NCBI RefSeq assembly: GCF_037042905.1
Contig: NC_087251.1
Location: 29,514,001-29,578,000, forward strand
DNA: 64,000 bases
Source of the DNA: Lytechinus pictus
Lineage: Eukaryota
Direction: 5' to 3'
The translations under genes and the position numbers were made by a program. Below are positions 61,579 to 64,000 of this stretch, piece by piece; position 1 is the first letter of the stretch, and every line of letters begins with the position of its first letter. The notes below the pieces were generated by a model. It was not told where the DNA came from. It ran no database searches and saw only the letters and a list, made by a program, of their open reading frames with translations.

Positions 61579-64000
61579 GTATGTCTCTAAATTAGCTATT
61601 ATTCTACTTCAGCTATCAATCTTCCTGTAATTTAAGAGTATTCCATGAACCTTTTCATCGTTTTGTGAGATATACTTATATAGAGGCACTTGTTTCATTT
61701 CACAATTGTCTTTCTTTCACATCCCCTCCCCCTCTCTCTTTCTCTATTAATTTGGAAGAGTAGTTTAATTACTTTATACATAGTTATGTCTATATTCTCG
61801 TAACTTTAGGGGAGTCATGACTGGCTTACATCCATAAGCCATGATTTCTAAAATACCATTTTATTTTTTATGAGAGATACATGTGCTGTTAAAAAGTGTT
61901 GAGAAGCACTTGTTTCATATTTCACATTTTCCCCTCGCTTTCTAATTCCCACTCCCCTTTCCGAACATCTCATTTTCTGTTTAGTGATAGTTATTTTGGA
62001 GAGTGCAGTATTTCAATTTCTTTATTCCGATTTATGTCTATTCTCCGGACTTTTGGGGAGTCATACCAAGCTTATATCCATAATTTATGATACGATTGAA
62101 AAATAAATCTTCTTGATATTTTCAAAGATGACGGGGGATATTGTCGTGATATGCATGAACTCTGTGACAAAACTTCCAAGCAAGAACATGAAGAAAATAG
62201 ATTTTTCAATAAGACGTAATTTAGATTTTAATCTTTGAAAAATGTTTTCAACCATGATGAAGGTATGTGCTTCGCAAAGTAAACTGCAACATCCGCTGGA
62301 CAAAATATTGCAGTTTTACATCGAAAAACAGCATTATGTATTAGCTCTTGGATTTGTGGGATCTTTATTTCGTTGGGTGTAAAGTTCACATTTACACGGG
62401 GCGTATGATATTTGCTTTAATCATCTGAAGAGACCTTTCACGATGATAAAAGGTGATACTACTATCGGTACAGTTTTGTATGAAGGAGTAGCTGCATTAA
62501 ATAAACAGATTTCATGTATTTGCCCTAATGATAATTTTTATAGACGTTAAAGGCCATTTTCTGAGGTTAACCACTATTGTATCAACCCAAGGTGATCTGC
62601 ACTAACTATATATCGCGTGTTTGTTTCATTTATTAAAACAAAAGTTGAAAGATTAATGAAAGCCCTGTAGTCTGGTAGGCACAATGACCACCCCCCCCCC
62701 CCCATTGATTGATTAGCAAAAGATAGTAATAAATAAATAAACAAATAAGAAAGAATGAATGAAGGAATCAAAGAAAGAAAAACGAAAAAGAAAGATAGAA
62801 AGAAAGAAAGAACATGAGGATGGAATAAAAACAGTGTTGTGGATTTAATGTTTTAAGTTCCAGTTGTGAAAACATCAAATTTTGTTGCAGTATCGCACTT
62901 TAATTCATCACGTACATTTTATGTGGGTTCAGAATACTAAATTTAACTGGGGTATATACCGATTTTCTTATTTGGTCACTACGCTCCCTCACACACATTT
63001 AATCTTATTGTCACTAAAATGTCTCATTAACATTGTTTCAGGCAAAAATACTGTTGAAATTTAAAAAAATCTCGCTTCGTCTTGGATTTCAATGATGAAT
63101 ACAACATGATATTGAAAAAGAAAACTTTTTGAATGTCTTGAGTCGATTGTGTTGATCTAAACGTTGGAATATTATGACACATTTCAGATCAACCTTTGTC
63201 AATAATTAACTTTACCATGGTGCCTCAGTCACAATCATCAAACCGACTCGGGGACCGATTAAAAACTATTTCGTTATTTTAAATGGAAAATCCTTAATCG
63301 GTTAAGAGGGGCTTTTTGGTGTGACGGTGTACGGGGTGTGGGATTGAAAGAACTGGTACTAACCGGTCTTACAAGAAGAATGAAGACAAATATAATATCG
63401 GTCAAAGTCTCAAACACGCCTCAGATTATTTTAGTCTTCTCATAACGTTGATCATATATACTTAAGAGAAAAAAATCTATAAAAAAACATTTTCTATAAA
63501 AAATAAATAAACATAATAGGGTATGATAAGTAGAAAAACTAAATAAACTTGCCGATTTTTTTTTTATATTGAGCCTTATCCCTTTTTATACCACATGCAA
63601 GTTCCTTTAATGCATGCATGAGGACTGAACCCAAATTGAGAATTATCATTTTAAATTTCTTTTCAAATAATCGCTTATTCGTCTATTCTTGTTCTTTCGT
63701 GCTAATTTTTTGTAGTATCAACAAATATATTAGACAATATTAAAGATGTGTGCTTCCTGAAGCCCGAAAATGTAAAAAATATAGTTATATGCATATGACA
63801 TCCATTTTAGAAAATAGAGGATTCCGTCATGTAGCACCCAATACAGCACATAATTACCCACGACCTCAAATGGCGTCTTGAATTGCAAATGGAGGCTTCT
63901 TTCAGGAAATAAACCCCTCGTCTCCATCGATTTCTGGCGCGGGAATGTACGCCAAAATCTTATACACAGCAAAATTTATCCCCCGGGGCTTAACCCTATA

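Noticed and set aside
60760..62090. Local imperfect duplications (~120 bp at 60760-61050 and ~220 bp at 61660-62090)
   Set aside because: Ordinary degenerate tandem duplications in AT-rich flanking/intronic DNA with no further structure.

Overview
This is AT-rich, repeat-dense eukaryotic (metazoan) DNA. The repeat families suggest an echinoid (sea urchin), which is an inference. Most of the supplied ORF track is spurious. The window opens with a ~186-bp satellite array (1-6424) that has higher-order structure. From about 7 to 47 kb it is mostly nested non-autonomous DNA transposons: hAT-, Harbinger- and Kolobok-like MITEs, elements with TAG..CTA ends and 9-bp TSDs (AcademH-like), a Helentron-type HINE, two LINE fragments and a SINE. 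A spliced glia maturation factor (GMF, ADF-H family) gene is reconstructed on + from five coding exons (44648-53358); its ATG exon was not located with confidence. The last GMF intron holds a same-strand, intronless GH65 PGGHG/ATHL1-like gene (50368-52571) broken by one 1-nt frameshift. A probable first coding exon of another gene lies at 61440. Top candidates for novelty: (1) the GMF/PGGHG nested, possibly co-transcribed locus; (2) a SINE with a 7SL-RNA (Alu-domain) head, a B-box and a Deu/Nin-like core in an invertebrate; (3) four 9-bp-TSD elements whose target sites all begin with G.
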